Positions 28,435-39,700 of a DNA stretch of 64,000 nt are shown here, piece after piece. This DNA comes from a virus (taxonomy: Duplodnaviria > Heunggongvirae > Uroviricota > Caudoviricetes), in the IMG/VR virus record IMGVR_UViG_3300042554_002914; one strand, written 5' to 3'. The position numbers and the translations under genes are program-made. Under the pieces are notes generated by a model, which was not told the DNA's origin, made no database searches, and worked only from the letters and a program-made list of their open reading frames with translations. Position 1 is the first letter of the stretch. Every line of letters begins with the position of its first letter.

Positions 28435-31329
28435 TTATGGGCAATCCGGGCACGGGGTCAAATAGAGGGAGGTTCTTTGCGTACATTTTTTCCAAGATGT
28501 AGGATTAAATGGGTCGAAGAAAGTTTCATCAGCGGCCGACAAATCAGCAGCAAAATACGCATAGCCGACCTTATAGTGGTTGGCGTCTACTCTGTAAGAT
28601 TCTTCGTTTATGACACAAGTAGTTGGAATTTTATAGATACTGGAATCCCAGAGTGGTGCGTCTACTCTTTCGATAATTGAATCTTCCAAGTCATTAGCCA
28701 AGTGGCCAGATAGTCTTCCGCATTCGTCAGCTCTGTAGTAATCCCCTTCCCAATCCCCATAGACTTTATCTGATGTGGCTTCAGTGGTCGCTCTACGGTC
28801 GTGGAGGGGAGCGTATTCCACTATTTTGGACCCTGAGAAATCATCAAAATCAATGTCCGCACCCGGCAATATGGCGGCATTTAGGTAGTCCTCTTCCAGA
28901 CCTAGGCCGTACCTTACATTGGAATATAAGTAAGATTCAGAATACAGATAAGTAGGACTCGATGGTTCTAAACCGTATAGAAACACATCGTCGTAAATTC
29001 TTGGTTGCTCCTGCTGAGGGGGACACTCCATGTCTTCTGGAGATAAAGGGGACCCCCATAAGCCAAAATCTTGGCAAATCAGGTTTACTTTTTGCCACTC
29101 TGGTCCGTTCCTTTGGTAGGCTGGTGGTAACCTTAGGAAATAATTCTCCCAGTTATCATCGCCTACTCCTGAATTTAAATCCGCCACGAGGGCATTGTCA
29201 TGCATGTCCAACTCTGGTACGGAATTGGCCACATACATGGGCTTCGTCTTCCAAATTCTCAAAGAAGTAGAAGCGTCCATTACGTTGGGGGACATGTAGA
29301 TTTGTAACCCACTGAATACCAAGTTGGAGATGTCGTGTCTAAATGTGTAAGTCAGCGAATCCGTTATTATTACTGTCGGGAGTTTAACTTTTCCCTCGAA
29401 AGTCATTGTATTGTAGGAAAAATTAAAAGTTCCATTCAGGCTGTCAACTGTAAAAACTATTTGAAAGTCCTCAGTTTGATACGGAATAGATGGCTCTAGT
29501 GGTACACCGTTACAAAATACCTTAACAGCATCAAAATTGACAGCTGATGATGGGACAGCAGGGGTGAAACTATTGATGTCTACCCAGTCTCCTTGTAGTT
29601 CCCATTGGGTGCCCACCAACTCCCACCGATTATAATAGAAGATAGATGCCCCCCTTGTCTGTGGGTCGGGGTTACTGTAATCCCAAGATAATTCCCCATC
29701 TTGTAGCTCATCGCCAAAGAGACGGGTATCTCCGATGTACCTTAATTTGGACGGGGGTGAAATATACCAAGGACTCCTCGGCTGATTATCCCACCTTGAT
29801 AAGATCAGGGGGTAAGGGCCCCCCAGGTTTGCCAATAGGTTGGCAATCACATAGCTACTAGTGGATGGGCTAAGGGATGCCGAATTCTCTAGTTTGATAA
29901 TTACCCTTGCAGGTAAAATGGGGGCGTCTATGGAAAAGTTTGCCTCATCAGGGTATACTACGGACTGCAGCTGCCAGTGCCCCTCATCAGATGGTTTGAA
30001 CAGGTCGATTTGGCAAGTACCGGATATGACCCCAGACAGACCTATAACTCCATCAGCTTCTGATAGCCCGGTGGCGTCTAAGATCCTAACGACTGCCCCG
30101 ACTGTAATTGGGTCCGTATAGCTAGAGAAACTATTATAATCAGGGAATAAGAAATCAGGGATTAAGGGGAAATTACCATCTTCAGGATACTCTATCTCCA
30201 CCCATGGGCCACAGTTGAAGCCGCCCCCGTCGTAAACCGAAAATGATCCTGTCTGGCTATTCCACCAGATTTGATTTTGTTTTGGGGACGGGGCAGTAGG
30301 GCTTACTGCTGCCTTCTGGTAGTAAATGAAATTTAAAATGTCATTAAATGGTATCTTTCTCTCCACTGGCGCCAAATACAGGGAGTTTCTTTCATCGAAA
30401 CCATGTAAGCTAAGGCTATCAAATACGAAATTAAATGGTAAAAATCCGCCCTTATTTCCCCAGACCCCTGTAAAATTATCTAAGACGGATTTGCAATTCC
30501 AGTCACTATTGAATGACCAAGGCAGTACCAGGAAAGTAGAGCTGTACTCATCATACTTTAACAGGGCATTAATTCCAAGACCTTCTAATTTTAGATTTAG
30601 GGGGATGTCTAGGAACCATGACTTTGTTTCAAAACTATAGGTTGGATTTATGGTAACTTCTTCAGAAATGATGAGCTGTACGGGTTTATCAAAGTATAGT
30701 CTGGACCCCGCATAAAATATGTTGAATACATACGGTAAAGAGTATTGGTTATCAAAATCTGGGTGGAGAACTATGGAACCAGTCTCATTTACTAGGTTAA
30801 CCAAAAATGAAGCATCAGCAGAGATGCCTGGAGTTGGCCTATAGAATGGGGCTGGTCGAGTACTTTCTATATCAATTTTAATTTGGCTACCGATAGAGTA
30901 ATCAAGTATGAATTGATCATTAAACTCGCTAATAAACAACGATAAGGATTGGCTATTTTTTTGGACACCCTTTATTTCGTACGAGTAATCACCCAATGTC
31001 AAAATTTGACCGATTTGTATTCTGTTATCAGATTCAACGACAATGGAGCCTTCCCAGTTCCTAATTTCTTTGACGGCAGGAAATACAGAGCTATTGTAAA
31101 CACCAAAAGTACCACCCAAGAGTTGTCGTTTTTGGTCTATGTTTGAAGCAAGACTAAACCAGTATTCATCACCGCTCCAACCTAATAGCTGAGCTAACCA
31201 ATCTAATTGGTTACTAACTCTGGTTCCAACTTGTTGGACAGATGAAGCTTGACTTTCTGATAGGAATGGGTTGGAATACCCATAGAGTTCGTAGTCACCT
31301 ATGTTAAAATTTGGGGAAATTTTGGTCAT
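28435..31329 (-). CDS. Large putative baseplate/tail structural protein (964 aa)
   Basis: Long ORF in the baseplate operon; internal VSPTAPSPKQNQIWWNS motif common in virion proteins. Confidence 0.55.
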   Translation of the reverse strand: MTKISPNFNIGDYELYGYSNPFLSESQASSVQQVGTRVSNQLDWLAQLLGWSGDEYWFSLASNIDQKRQLLGGTFGVYNSSVFPAVKEIRNWEGSIVVESDNRIQIGQILTLGDYSYEIKGVQKNSQSLSLFISEFNDQFILDYSIGSQIKIDIESTRPAPFYRPTPGISADASFLVNLVNETGSIVLHPDFDNQYSLPYVFNIFYAGSRLYFDKPVQLIISEEVTINPTYSFETKSWFLDIPLNLKLEGLGINALLKYDEYSSTFLVLPWSFNSDWNCKSVLDNFTGVWGNKGGFLPFNFVFDSLSLHGFDERNSLYLAPVERKIPFNDILNFIYYQKAAVSPTAPSPKQNQIWWNSQTGSFSVYDGGGFNCGPWVEIEYPEDGNFPLIPDFLFPDYNSFSSYTDPITVGAVVRILDATGLSEADGVIGLSGVISGTCQIDLFKPSDEGHWQLQSVVYPDEANFSIDAPILPARVIIKLENSASLSPSTSSYVIANLLANLGGPYPLILSRWDNQPRSPWYISPPSKLRYIGDTRLFGDELQDGELSWDYSNPDPQTRGASIFYYNRWELVGTQWELQGDWVDINSFTPAVPSSAVNFDAVKVFCNGVPLEPSIPYQTEDFQIVFTVDSLNGTFNFSYNTMTFEGKVKLPTVIITDSLTYTFRHDISNLVFSGLQIYMSPNVMDASTSLRIWKTKPMYVANSVPELDMHDNALVADLNSGVGDDNWENYFLRLPPAYQRNGPEWQKVNLICQDFGLWGSPLSPEDMECPPQQEQPRIYDDVFLYGLEPSSPTYLYSESYLYSNVRYGLGLEEDYLNAAILPGADIDFDDFSGSKIVEYAPLHDRRATTEATSDKVYGDWEGDYYRADECGRLSGHLANDLEDSIIERVDAPLWDSSIYKIPTTCVINEESYRVDANHYKVGYAYFAADLSAADETFFDPFNPTSWKKCTQRTSLYLTPCPDCP

Positions 31330-31330
31330 T

Positions 31331-32626
31331 TTATTCTACAATGATTAAATCATCAGATAGTGCTAAGTATTCTTGATTCATGCAAGTATTGGGGGTCATC
31401 CACAGGGTCGAATAATTATCCACTTGCTCGTATAGGTTAATCAAGTTGTCATCCCATGGTCTTGTAAGCCATTCTGCAATGGGTTGGTAATCTGCATTTA
31501 CAGACTCTCTGATGTCAAAAATTTTCTTTACTTCATAACTCGGGGAAATATCAACTTGAGCAAGTTTACAATAGGTGACCGGAACCTCTTTTCCAGCACC
31601 ATTGATTACTGTAGATGGCAGACTGCCTAGTGGGTGAGCAACAAGGGATACTTCTGATTTACCCGTTGATGGTCTCCTCAGGAGGGAGATAGTCCCTGAA
31701 ACAGAAACAGATTGTATGGAAATTTTGGGGTCTGACCACTCGATTTTCCAACCAGTATTAAAAGTAGGTATTGCAATTTTAAACGTAAAGAATTGACCTA
31801 TACTATCCCTACTAACTTCCACTGTTTCCACAAAAATCCAATCCGGATCAGGGCAGTATGGATTATCAGGGTGCGGTTGCCCAGGGTTATCAGGATCTTC
31901 GTTAAGACAATTAGTTATAGATAGGGTGGCGTTGCCCGTAATTACAGTGTTAGGTGGACAACGGAAAGTTATCTCAGAAAAAGAAGCCGCCCTGGGGAAT
32001 TGCCAGTATAGGTATGGAGCCCCGGAATAATTTGGGAATAGCCCATCGTAATTTCTCCACTCTAAGGTCGTATCATCGCAAAAAGCATATTTAGGTACGA
32101 ACCTCCACCCTACCTCAGAATCTGTGCCACTGACGACATTCATTTCGTGACCTGATAAGGAGTAATTCTCTACAGAATACAAAGCATAGAAGGGGGAATC
32201 GTCATAGGTCAATCTATAAGCTATCAAATATTGGGAATCAGCCATCCCCACCAATTCTAAATTTATAATGACTGGACCTATGGAAAGATTACCGTGTTCC
32301 CAAACTACGGTTCCAGGCTTGATGACTAAAAATTTATCGTCCCCTGATGGAACAACTTCTAGGGAATTAGGGCCAAACGGACTTTCCCCAGGCGGTAGAT
32401 ACACATAGGCAGACTTTCTATCTAGTCCAAAGTCAATATAGTATCGTTCCGATGCAGCAGGTAACCTACCATAAATAGGTCTACCATCTGGTACCCATTC
32501 AGTGGGTGTCTCAAACAGGTTATTAGCCTCTTGAAACTGAACGGATAATATAGTACCAAATGTAGGATTAGAAGATGTTTGAATTTCTCCCCTGCCCCCA
32601 TTTAAAGGCGTGATAATCTGGCTCAT
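31331..32626 (-). CDS. Putative baseplate/tail structural protein
   Basis: Overlaps the baseplate J gene by 4 nt. Confidence 0.5.
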   Translation of the reverse strand: MSQIITPLNGGRGEIQTSSNPTFGTILSVQFQEANNLFETPTEWVPDGRPIYGRLPAASERYYIDFGLDRKSAYVYLPPGESPFGPNSLEVVPSGDDKFLVIKPGTVVWEHGNLSIGPVIINLELVGMADSQYLIAYRLTYDDSPFYALYSVENYSLSGHEMNVVSGTDSEVGWRFVPKYAFCDDTTLEWRNYDGLFPNYSGAPYLYWQFPRAASFSEITFRCPPNTVITGNATLSITNCLNEDPDNPGQPHPDNPYCPDPDWIFVETVEVSRDSIGQFFTFKIAIPTFNTGWKIEWSDPKISIQSVSVSGTISLLRRPSTGKSEVSLVAHPLGSLPSTVINGAGKEVPVTYCKLAQVDISPSYEVKKIFDIRESVNADYQPIAEWLTRPWDDNLINLYEQVDNYSTLWMTPNTCMNQEYLALSDDLIIVE

Positions 32627-35600
32627 AGACTTAAGGTTCCTTCTTTATAGTCAGGCGGTTGATAGGGGAAAGTAGTCCCAGTATACCAAGAAAGTTGGGG
32701 AACATCTGTATTGGAACTAGGGTTCTCCCATACATAAGTGATTTCCTGGTTGGAGTTGGTAAATCTTCCTGTATTACGAGGCACTAATGTTATTTGAGCT
32801 ACGCCTAATTTAATCGAGGAGGTCTCCAGTCCAAATTGAGAGATAATTTCCTCTTCACACCGGTAAAAAGAGACGTACCTCAGTAGGTTATCGGCAAATT
32901 CTTCAAATCTGGCCGTATTGGTGACTGTCATGTTTGTCCAGTTGGTCACCGTTGTTTGGGGGGTGAATGCTCTCATTACCCTATAGATATTCCTGCCATC
33001 TTCTGCTACAAGGGTGTCCTCTGCGTATTTGACATACTCCGGATTAAAATATGGGACGTATGCCCGGGGGTCAAATTCGTTTGTTCCAGCTTCTGAGGAG
33101 TCTATGAAAATACCATTTTTGTAGTAAATTGAAAAGTCAAATAAGGGGCTTACGCTAGATGTGGCTGTATAGGATTTTACCGAATTACCATTTCTAAAGT
33201 AGGTTCTGTCCCCCCTATAGAAAGTAAACATCCTGATAAATGTATTTATTTCCGTCAGCCGGGGGTAAAGAGAGGTTATTTGGATTTGGAAGCCACTGCC
33301 GGTGCCGCCCAAGTAACTATTATCTATAGTCAGGACATCGCCAATTGAGTACCCCCTTCCAAAATCTGATAACTCGTAGGAAATAATTGTATTCCCTGAG
33401 ACTACCAAGTTAATAGACCCGTTGACCCCGACCCCATTGATTGGGTTGCCATACACCAAAGGTAAGTTAGTATAGGCACCGTTTCGGTAACCTGATCCCC
33501 CGTTCACCAAGTTGGTCGTCTTTATTCTGCCAGATACGCTATTATCTACTAGATCGTCTAATTGTGACCTTAGCTCGAATGAGGGTGCAAGGTTGATCAC
33601 TGAGCCATCATTGATTAAGTCCTGAATAGATGTGCTGCTTGGTGTGAAGTACTTGGCGGCAATGCAATAAGTGGGGATTCCACCTGAAACTTCCCTGTAT
33701 TCTAAATACTGCCCACATTTGAATCTAGGTTTGTATTTGTAAATGGGTAGCCCGCCATTACCGTCTAGTACGGACACTTCTCTTATAATGCCTTGCTTGA
33801 TTAATTCGCTAAAGTAATCTACGGTTAGTGCCCCATTGGGTTCGTAAGTAAAAGGTGCAATTACATAGGCGTACTTATTGACAGCCCCTTTCGTTACGTC
33901 AACATAGTCATAATGGGGGTCAGAAACAGCATCCGGACCGCTCCCAACCTGTGGTGTGTAAACCCAAGTTCCTGCTAAGTAGGACTGACCTTCAACTAGT
34001 TGATTGTAATTATTTGGCAAGCTAGAATTTAAAGCTGGTCCTATTTTATTTTCAGTCTGGCCCCCGGTAATGTCATTCGTAGAAGGGAATAAGATAAAAT
34101 TCTGAGCTACCAGCCAAGCCAATCTTCCGACAGTAGTGGTAGGTAGGAACTCACCGTCTGAGTAGTCATATTCGACGATTTCTGGGTCTATTGTTGTCCC
34201 CAGTGAATATTGGTAAGTGTTATTTACGACCCATGCAGAATAAGTCTTTGCCGAAGAAATTTTTCCAGCTACAAAGGCACTGGGGATATCTGCTGAAGAT
34301 CCAATTACTATGTTTTCAAGGACTACGAATAACTGATTGCCTAAAGACACGATGTCCCCTAAACTATACCTGCCAGCAGTAAGTAACTTTATTTGCTTTA
34401 AAGCTAGATTACCGTACACAGTTTGGTCGAATTTGTTCGTTGAATAGGGGCTATATGCTACTTCTACTGGGTAGTATGATGGGTTAGGGTTATTAACTAC
34501 AATGAGGTCATCACTATTTAAAATAGTATTTACGGGTTCAAAATCATATACATTAGTATAAATAGCAGCGTCTTTACTCAGAAGGACGGGGGTATTGTAA
34601 GCTGCAGAGTAGTTAATTTGAGGGTCTTTGAACCTGCTGATAGAATCAAAAGTATTGTAAAAAGCTGCATCAACATCACTTACGGTCGGGTTCGTATCAG
34701 TTGGGAAAACATTTCCAGGGGTCAATACTGTGGAGAGCCTATCCCTAAAATTCAAAGTTACAGGCTGATAATTAGAGCCATAAATGCCATTAGCATCAAC
34801 TTCAAGAGTGATGTTATATTGAGTTTGACTCAGAGTGATAGGGTACAGGTGGGCTTGATTTTCAATGGGGATCGAGAAATTAATTACATTTTGACCCCTT
34901 CTTATTTGGTCATCTGTTAATTCTATACCATTGGGTCCAAGCACAAAGAAAGAAACTTGTCCATTGGGCTTCGTAAAGTCAGACAAATAATTATAACCAA
35001 ATCTGCTACTTCTATTGGGTTGAACAGAAGTCAGAGTCCCTAAACCAAACATATCTATGAAGAAATTCTCCCAGTCTGCTTGGCTAACGGGATTCCTGCG
35101 TCGGATTAGGGAGAAAAACCTTTCTTGGACTTGAGCATATGTTTCTACATCACTGCCCCCTACCGCAGGTTCTGGGTTGGTTACTACGGTGCTAGCTTCC
35201 CCGAGATCTGGGGGGCCGGTAATTGAATTAGCCGGGACATTATAGATGTTACCTACAAATTTGGAATAAACAGGGATTTCAACTTCGGTCTTACCGGCGG
35301 GTATTGTGACACTATATGAGCTTACATATTCAAATCCTTGGCCGCCCGATAATTGGGGGTTGGATGTAAATACAGACCCGGATGGTACAGATAAGTCTGA
35401 ATTTCTTGGTGCTATTGACAACCTAACCAAAGCTGTAGCAGGAGTACCCAGTCTCCTTAGGGCGCCTAAAAATGGGCCTATCCATTCGATGAGGATCTTA
35501 TTTGGTAGTTGATTCGCCCAAAATAAAAATTCACCTTGAGAAAAAGCCTGCCCCTCTAAAAGAACCGCAAGGGGATTCCCTGCACTGAAGTCATTGAGGG

Positions 35601-35703
35601 TTTTGTTAGACGCCTCGTATACTTTTTGCGCTGCATCTTGAACTAATTGTGCCTCGTTCCTTGGGTCTATTGAAACCGAGGGGAGGGGAGCATATCTTGG
35701 CAT
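32623..35703 (-). CDS. Baseplate J-like wedge protein with long C-terminal extension
   Basis: DPRNEAQLV, DFSAGNPLAVLLE, GNIYNVPANSI, VTNPEPAVGGSDVET...R...VSQADWE. Confidence 0.85.
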   Translation of the reverse strand: MPRYAPLPSVSIDPRNEAQLVQDAAQKVYEASNKTLNDFSAGNPLAVLLEGQAFSQGEFLFWANQLPNKILIEWIGPFLGALRRLGTPATALVRLSIAPRNSDLSVPSGSVFTSNPQLSGGQGFEYVSSYSVTIPAGKTEVEIPVYSKFVGNIYNVPANSITGPPDLGEASTVVTNPEPAVGGSDVETYAQVQERFFSLIRRRNPVSQADWENFFIDMFGLGTLTSVQPNRSSRFGYNYLSDFTKPNGQVSFFVLGPNGIELTDDQIRRGQNVINFSIPIENQAHLYPITLSQTQYNITLEVDANGIYGSNYQPVTLNFRDRLSTVLTPGNVFPTDTNPTVSDVDAAFYNTFDSISRFKDPQINYSAAYNTPVLLSKDAAIYTNVYDFEPVNTILNSDDLIVVNNPNPSYYPVEVAYSPYSTNKFDQTVYGNLALKQIKLLTAGRYSLGDIVSLGNQLFVVLENIVIGSSADIPSAFVAGKISSAKTYSAWVVNNTYQYSLGTTIDPEIVEYDYSDGEFLPTTTVGRLAWLVAQNFILFPSTNDITGGQTENKIGPALNSSLPNNYNQLVEGQSYLAGTWVYTPQVGSGPDAVSDPHYDYVDVTKGAVNKYAYVIAPFTYEPNGALTVDYFSELIKQGIIREVSVLDGNGGLPIYKYKPRFKCGQYLEYREVSGGIPTYCIAAKYFTPSSTSIQDLINDGSVINLAPSFELRSQLDDLVDNSVSGRIKTTNLVNGGSGYRNGAYTNLPLVYGNPINGVGVNGSINLVVSGNTIISYELSDFGRGYSIGDVLTIDNSYLGGTGSGFQIQITSLYPRLTEINTFIRMFTFYRGDRTYFRNGNSVKSYTATSSVSPLFDFSIYYKNGIFIDSSEAGTNEFDPRAYVPYFNPEYVKYAEDTLVAEDGRNIYRVMRAFTPQTTVTNWTNMTVTNTARFEEFADNLLRYVSFYRCEEEIISQFGLETSSIKLGVAQITLVPRNTGRFTNSNQEITYVWENPSSNTDVPQLSWYTGTTFPYQPPDYKEGTLSL

Positions 35704-35715
35704 TTAATCCTCTAA

Positions 35716-36207
35716 TCAGTATTCGCCGTTGTCAATGACTAAATTGTTTAGCAAATCGGCTAAGATTTTCTTGGTGATTAAGTCAGCATCATCCAATGAC
35801 CCGAACTTTTGAGCTACTGACGGGGTAGGTGTCCCATTGGCGTAATTATATTTATTGTTTGTCGTATAACTTCTAGGAGCATTTTCTTTGATGTTTTCAG
35901 GGTTGACATTATTATTATTTTCATCTAACAAAGTAGGGAAACCAAACCACCATTTACCCAAGGTAACTTTATTGCCGGTGATAGGGGCTCCAGAAATGAA
36001 TTCATTTAAGCTAGATAGCGTAGGCTGGTTGGTACCTAAAGTCATGTACCGACTATCCAATCCATTCGGACCAGCCGTAACCAGGGAGTTCAATCCGAGG
36101 GGGTCATAGTGCCAATCTAAATCTTGGCCATCGAAAAATATTTGTTTTGCTCCGTTCAACCATGCACTGGTTACAATGACAGCGGAACTGTAAGTTGTCT
36201 TTGCCAT
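35716..36207 (-). CDS. Putative tail/baseplate protein
   Basis: MAKTTYSSAVIVTSAWLNG N-terminus resembles tail-fibre attachment segments; GGGTAAAA motif 28 nt upstream. Confidence 0.5.
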   Translation of the reverse strand: MAKTTYSSAVIVTSAWLNGAKQIFFDGQDLDWHYDPLGLNSLVTAGPNGLDSRYMTLGTNQPTLSSLNEFISGAPITGNKVTLGKWWFGFPTLLDENNNNVNPENIKENAPRSYTTNNKYNYANGTPTPSVAQKFGSLDDADLITKKILADLLNNLVIDNGEY

Positions 36208-36249
36208 TATCCGTTGGTAATCCTGTTATGTATGTTTTACCCTGCCTAC

Positions 36250-36271
36250 AAAAAAGCCCCCTTTCGGGGGC
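36250..36271 (-). terminator. Intrinsic terminator after capsid and tube genes
   Basis: Minus strand GCCCCC-GAAA-GGGGGC-TTTTTT. Confidence 0.85.
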
Positions 36272-36289
36272 AATTATTGAACCACAAAA

Positions 36290-36733
36290 TCAAGTTCTGT
36301 CCCAAATATTGACGGTCAGTTCCACTTCAATTTCCTGGACGTTTCCGCTGTCGCGATCAACGTTGGCAGTAGTGATTGATAGGAATTTACAACCGTAGCA
36401 GGTGTACGCGCCACCGGCTGGAGCAGATCCTGTACCAGTACAGTCCCTGGGGGTTACTGTAACGGTAACATCTTGACAATTGTAGTTTAACCAGAAGTTC
36501 TCTAATTGCTTGAAGATCGTAGGATCATACGGAGCAGTAAGAGTAACATTATCTGCAGTTCGTGGGCCAACGACATGGTACTTTCGGTTTCCAGTGCCAT
36601 TGGCGTATTCGCTCTTTTCGGAAGAATCTTTGATACCACTGAATTTTGTGAAGACAGCGATTAAAGACACCCCGTTGGGAGCTACGAACGATACCTCGTA
36701 TTGCGACTTTGTTAAAGGTCTGAGAATTGCCAT
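36290..36733 (-). CDS. Tail tube protein (probable)
   Basis: 147 aa; FTKFSGI...G..T..NVTLT and terminal D..SGNVQEIEVELTV pattern typical of contractile tail tubes; GAGG ribosome-binding site upstream. Confidence 0.7.
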   Translation of the reverse strand: MAILRPLTKSQYEVSFVAPNGVSLIAVFTKFSGIKDSSEKSEYANGTGNRKYHVVGPRTADNVTLTAPYDPTIFKQLENFWLNYNCQDVTVTVTPRDCTGTGSAPAGGAYTCYGCKFLSITTANVDRDSGNVQEIEVELTVNIWDRT

Positions 36734-36761
36734 GGGATCACCTCTTTATTTCCTATCCTTA

Positions 36762-39700
36762 TCAGGACAAGATGTTGGTGATCATAGCGCCAGAACCGAT
36801 AAGACCAGATGCACCGAGGCCAACCAAGTTAACCACACGTTCGATGGTGATTTCAGCACGCACGACACGGCGTTCGCGAATGTAGTACTCCAATTTGTTA
36901 TCGTAAAGGCTCTTTATCCTCTACATCTTTGTATTTCTACAAAGTTCAGACTATATCTTTGCCTTACATCCTTATGTAAGACATTAGGCGCTCGTGGAGT
37001 TTTCATCTGTTCTAGATTACTAACTCTAGTCGTTGAACGTTCGTTTTCTCCCGAAAACGCTTCGCTGCTGATTGCCATGGTTTGAAGTTCAAACGTTAGG
37101 GTCCCAGCAATTCACCTAATTTCTTTTTATGTCAGACCCCAGTAGTTAAGGACGGACAGCGGGTGTTCCTGTGAGTTGATCATTTTTGTTAGCGTAAAGG
37201 TTATTTATCCTTCACTTCTTTACATTTCTGCAAAGATCAGACTATATCTTCTTCCTGAAATTTCTTATCAATCCGGTAACATGACTATCAGGTAGATTTA
37301 AGTGTCGTGCGAACTTGCGAATTGCTGGTTTACCCAGCTCTACCCAAAGTTCAAACAATTCATCAAACCTAGACCATAACTCTTTTCTCGATCTGGGGTT
37401 ATTTATTCCCCTTACCTTTAGAGACAAGGTTTTCGAGATTTTCAGTTTATGCTCTTCAGTCATTTTTCTACCAGTCCAGGGATGATTTGACTTATCCTTG
37501 AAATGATTTTTATGCCAGTCACTGTTTTTTCTTTTAGCTTCTTCTGAGCTTCCTAATTTGGGGGAAATTAAACTAATCTCCCTTGAACCTAGCCCCCATT
37601 GTTTTGAACTTTTCCAAATTGCCCACCATAATTTTTTATTATGGGGTTGGGATAAACTTAAAAGTAAATGGGCTATGTAGTGTTCTCTCCGGGTCAGCAT
37701 TACTAGGTTTGATACTTCATCATTCCCTCCACAACAAATAGGAATAATGTGATGTTTTTCAAGCCCATTTTTGCTTCCCCTTCGTTTGGGGATTGGCCGA
37801 AGTAAAAGTAAACGTGATGTGATAAGATTCCAATACCACTTTTCCCATTTATTAAGAAAGTGACATTCTATCAGGAGTGGGGCACTCGTGGATGGGTTAT
37901 TATTTTCGGTATTCACCATCTAGTCGTTGAACCTTTTGACTACAACTCTATTATAGCATAGAGTCCGAAATAGTCAACTTGGCTGCTGATTACCATAGCT
38001 TTCAAACTTTCGTTTGAAGCCGTAGGCTTCCCAGCAATTCACCCCATTGATCTGCGGATCAGGCAGATAATTTGACGTTACCGTCAAACCACGCATTCAA
38101 CTCGTTTAAAAGAAACGATGTTATTAACATACGTGTAACTGAAGGCCGGAGTCGCAGCATTAGCACCACCCGCAGGCATGATCGAATCAGAAGGGCCGTT
38201 GGGGCTGTAGAACAGGAGGATGCCATTGGCGGGGAAGACAGGCTGCAAGGAGCCGTCGTTGGCCAAATAACGCCCTTCAGCTACGCGCAGGCCACGCTCA
38301 AGACCGAAGTAGCGAGCGATGACATCTGTGTCGATGCTATTGGCGGAGGTGTACTTGATACGATCAAGGATCGCTTCGTTGGTCAGCAAGAGGTCGAAAA
38401 CCGAAGTTCCAAGAACAGCGGAGTTCGGACGAATGCCGATCTGGTTGGCAACAGCACGCTTCAGGGTCAGGATGTCCTCAATGGGATTAGAGGTTGCACC
38501 AGACCATGCGGCAGGGCCAGTGGCTGTGCCATAAGCGGTGTTGAAGGCGGTCCAGGTTGTAAAACCAAGACCAGTTTGTGAGCCAGGAGTCCCATTGTAG
38601 GGCTCGTATGGATTGTAGCTGCCAGTCACTGAAACAGCTTGAGCAACGGTGTACTCGTAGCTGTTCATTCATTATGTTATCGCGAGGGCTCTTTATCCCT
38701 TGCTTCTGCATGTTTCTATGCAGTTCAGACTATATCATCGTTTTGTAAACAAAACGTCAGGCGCTCGTGTCAGCTTCATTACTGTTCTAGTAGTATGCTG
38801 TTAGTCGTTGAACGTTCCGTCAATCCCTTGACGGCTTCGCTGCTGATTACCATAGCATCAAACTTTCGTTTGAAACCGTAGGTTTCCCAGCAATTCACCC
38901 AATTTTCTAAATGAGATTAATCTCATAGGGCCAATGTGTTTAGCCTAGACATCGCGTTGCGAGTCTCGATGGCGCGTAGCATTTGTTAACTCAGCGGCTC
39001 TTTATCCACTGATTCATTACCTTGTCGTTGGTAATGTTCAGACTATATTATTGCCCCACTATGTACACGATTACTGTACTTTGTAAGACATTGGGCGCTC
39101 GTGTCAGCTTCATTACTGTTCTAGTAGTATGCTGTTAGTCGTTGAACGTTCCGTCAATCCCTTGACGGCTTCGCTGCTGATTGCCCACGCGGGGGTTCCA
39201 GCAATTCACCCAATTTATAGTGGACCTACGCTGCGATCGAAATCGTTCGTAAAAAATAATCCACTTGTGCAGGACCTTCTCCTGCGTTTTCGATTCAATA
39301 ATGTTATCGCAAAGATTTTATTCTATGCTTCTTTACATTTCTGTAAAGTTCAGACTATATCTTCACCCCTGTTTTTCTTTCTTAGCTTAGCCATATGCTC
39401 ACGGGCAATCTGCCTATGGGTTTCAGACTTTTCTTTATCCGCCCAGTACTTTTTGGCGGACTCACTTCTCTTTTCCTTTTCCTCTTCAGTTTGAACCCTT
39501 CCTCTATTAGCTTCGTGAGCTTTTTTAAGTGTTTTTTCGGGCAGGGATTTACCCATCTTGGTTTTACTAAGTCTTTCTCGCATTTGCTTGGACTTAGGTC
39601 TTCCTTTCTCGGCTGCCCCCGGGGCAATACCGAATGAGGTCTTTTGTAGGGAAGTAGCTAAAATAGATGTACGTGGTCGGTAGGTAATGGCGCCTTCTCC

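Larger units (their letters stand above)
37181..38130 (-). mobile_element. Group I intron 8 (950 nt) carrying an HNH endonuclease
   Basis: P1 CACGU with GCGUG; P10 GAGUUGA with UCAACUC; terminal G; splits a Tyr codon T|AT. Confidence 0.9.

Noticed and set aside
38084-38668. 194-aa ORF as a standalone gene or a capsid pseudogene fragment
   Set aside because: It is exon 8 read on into intron 8; the full gene is restored by splicing.
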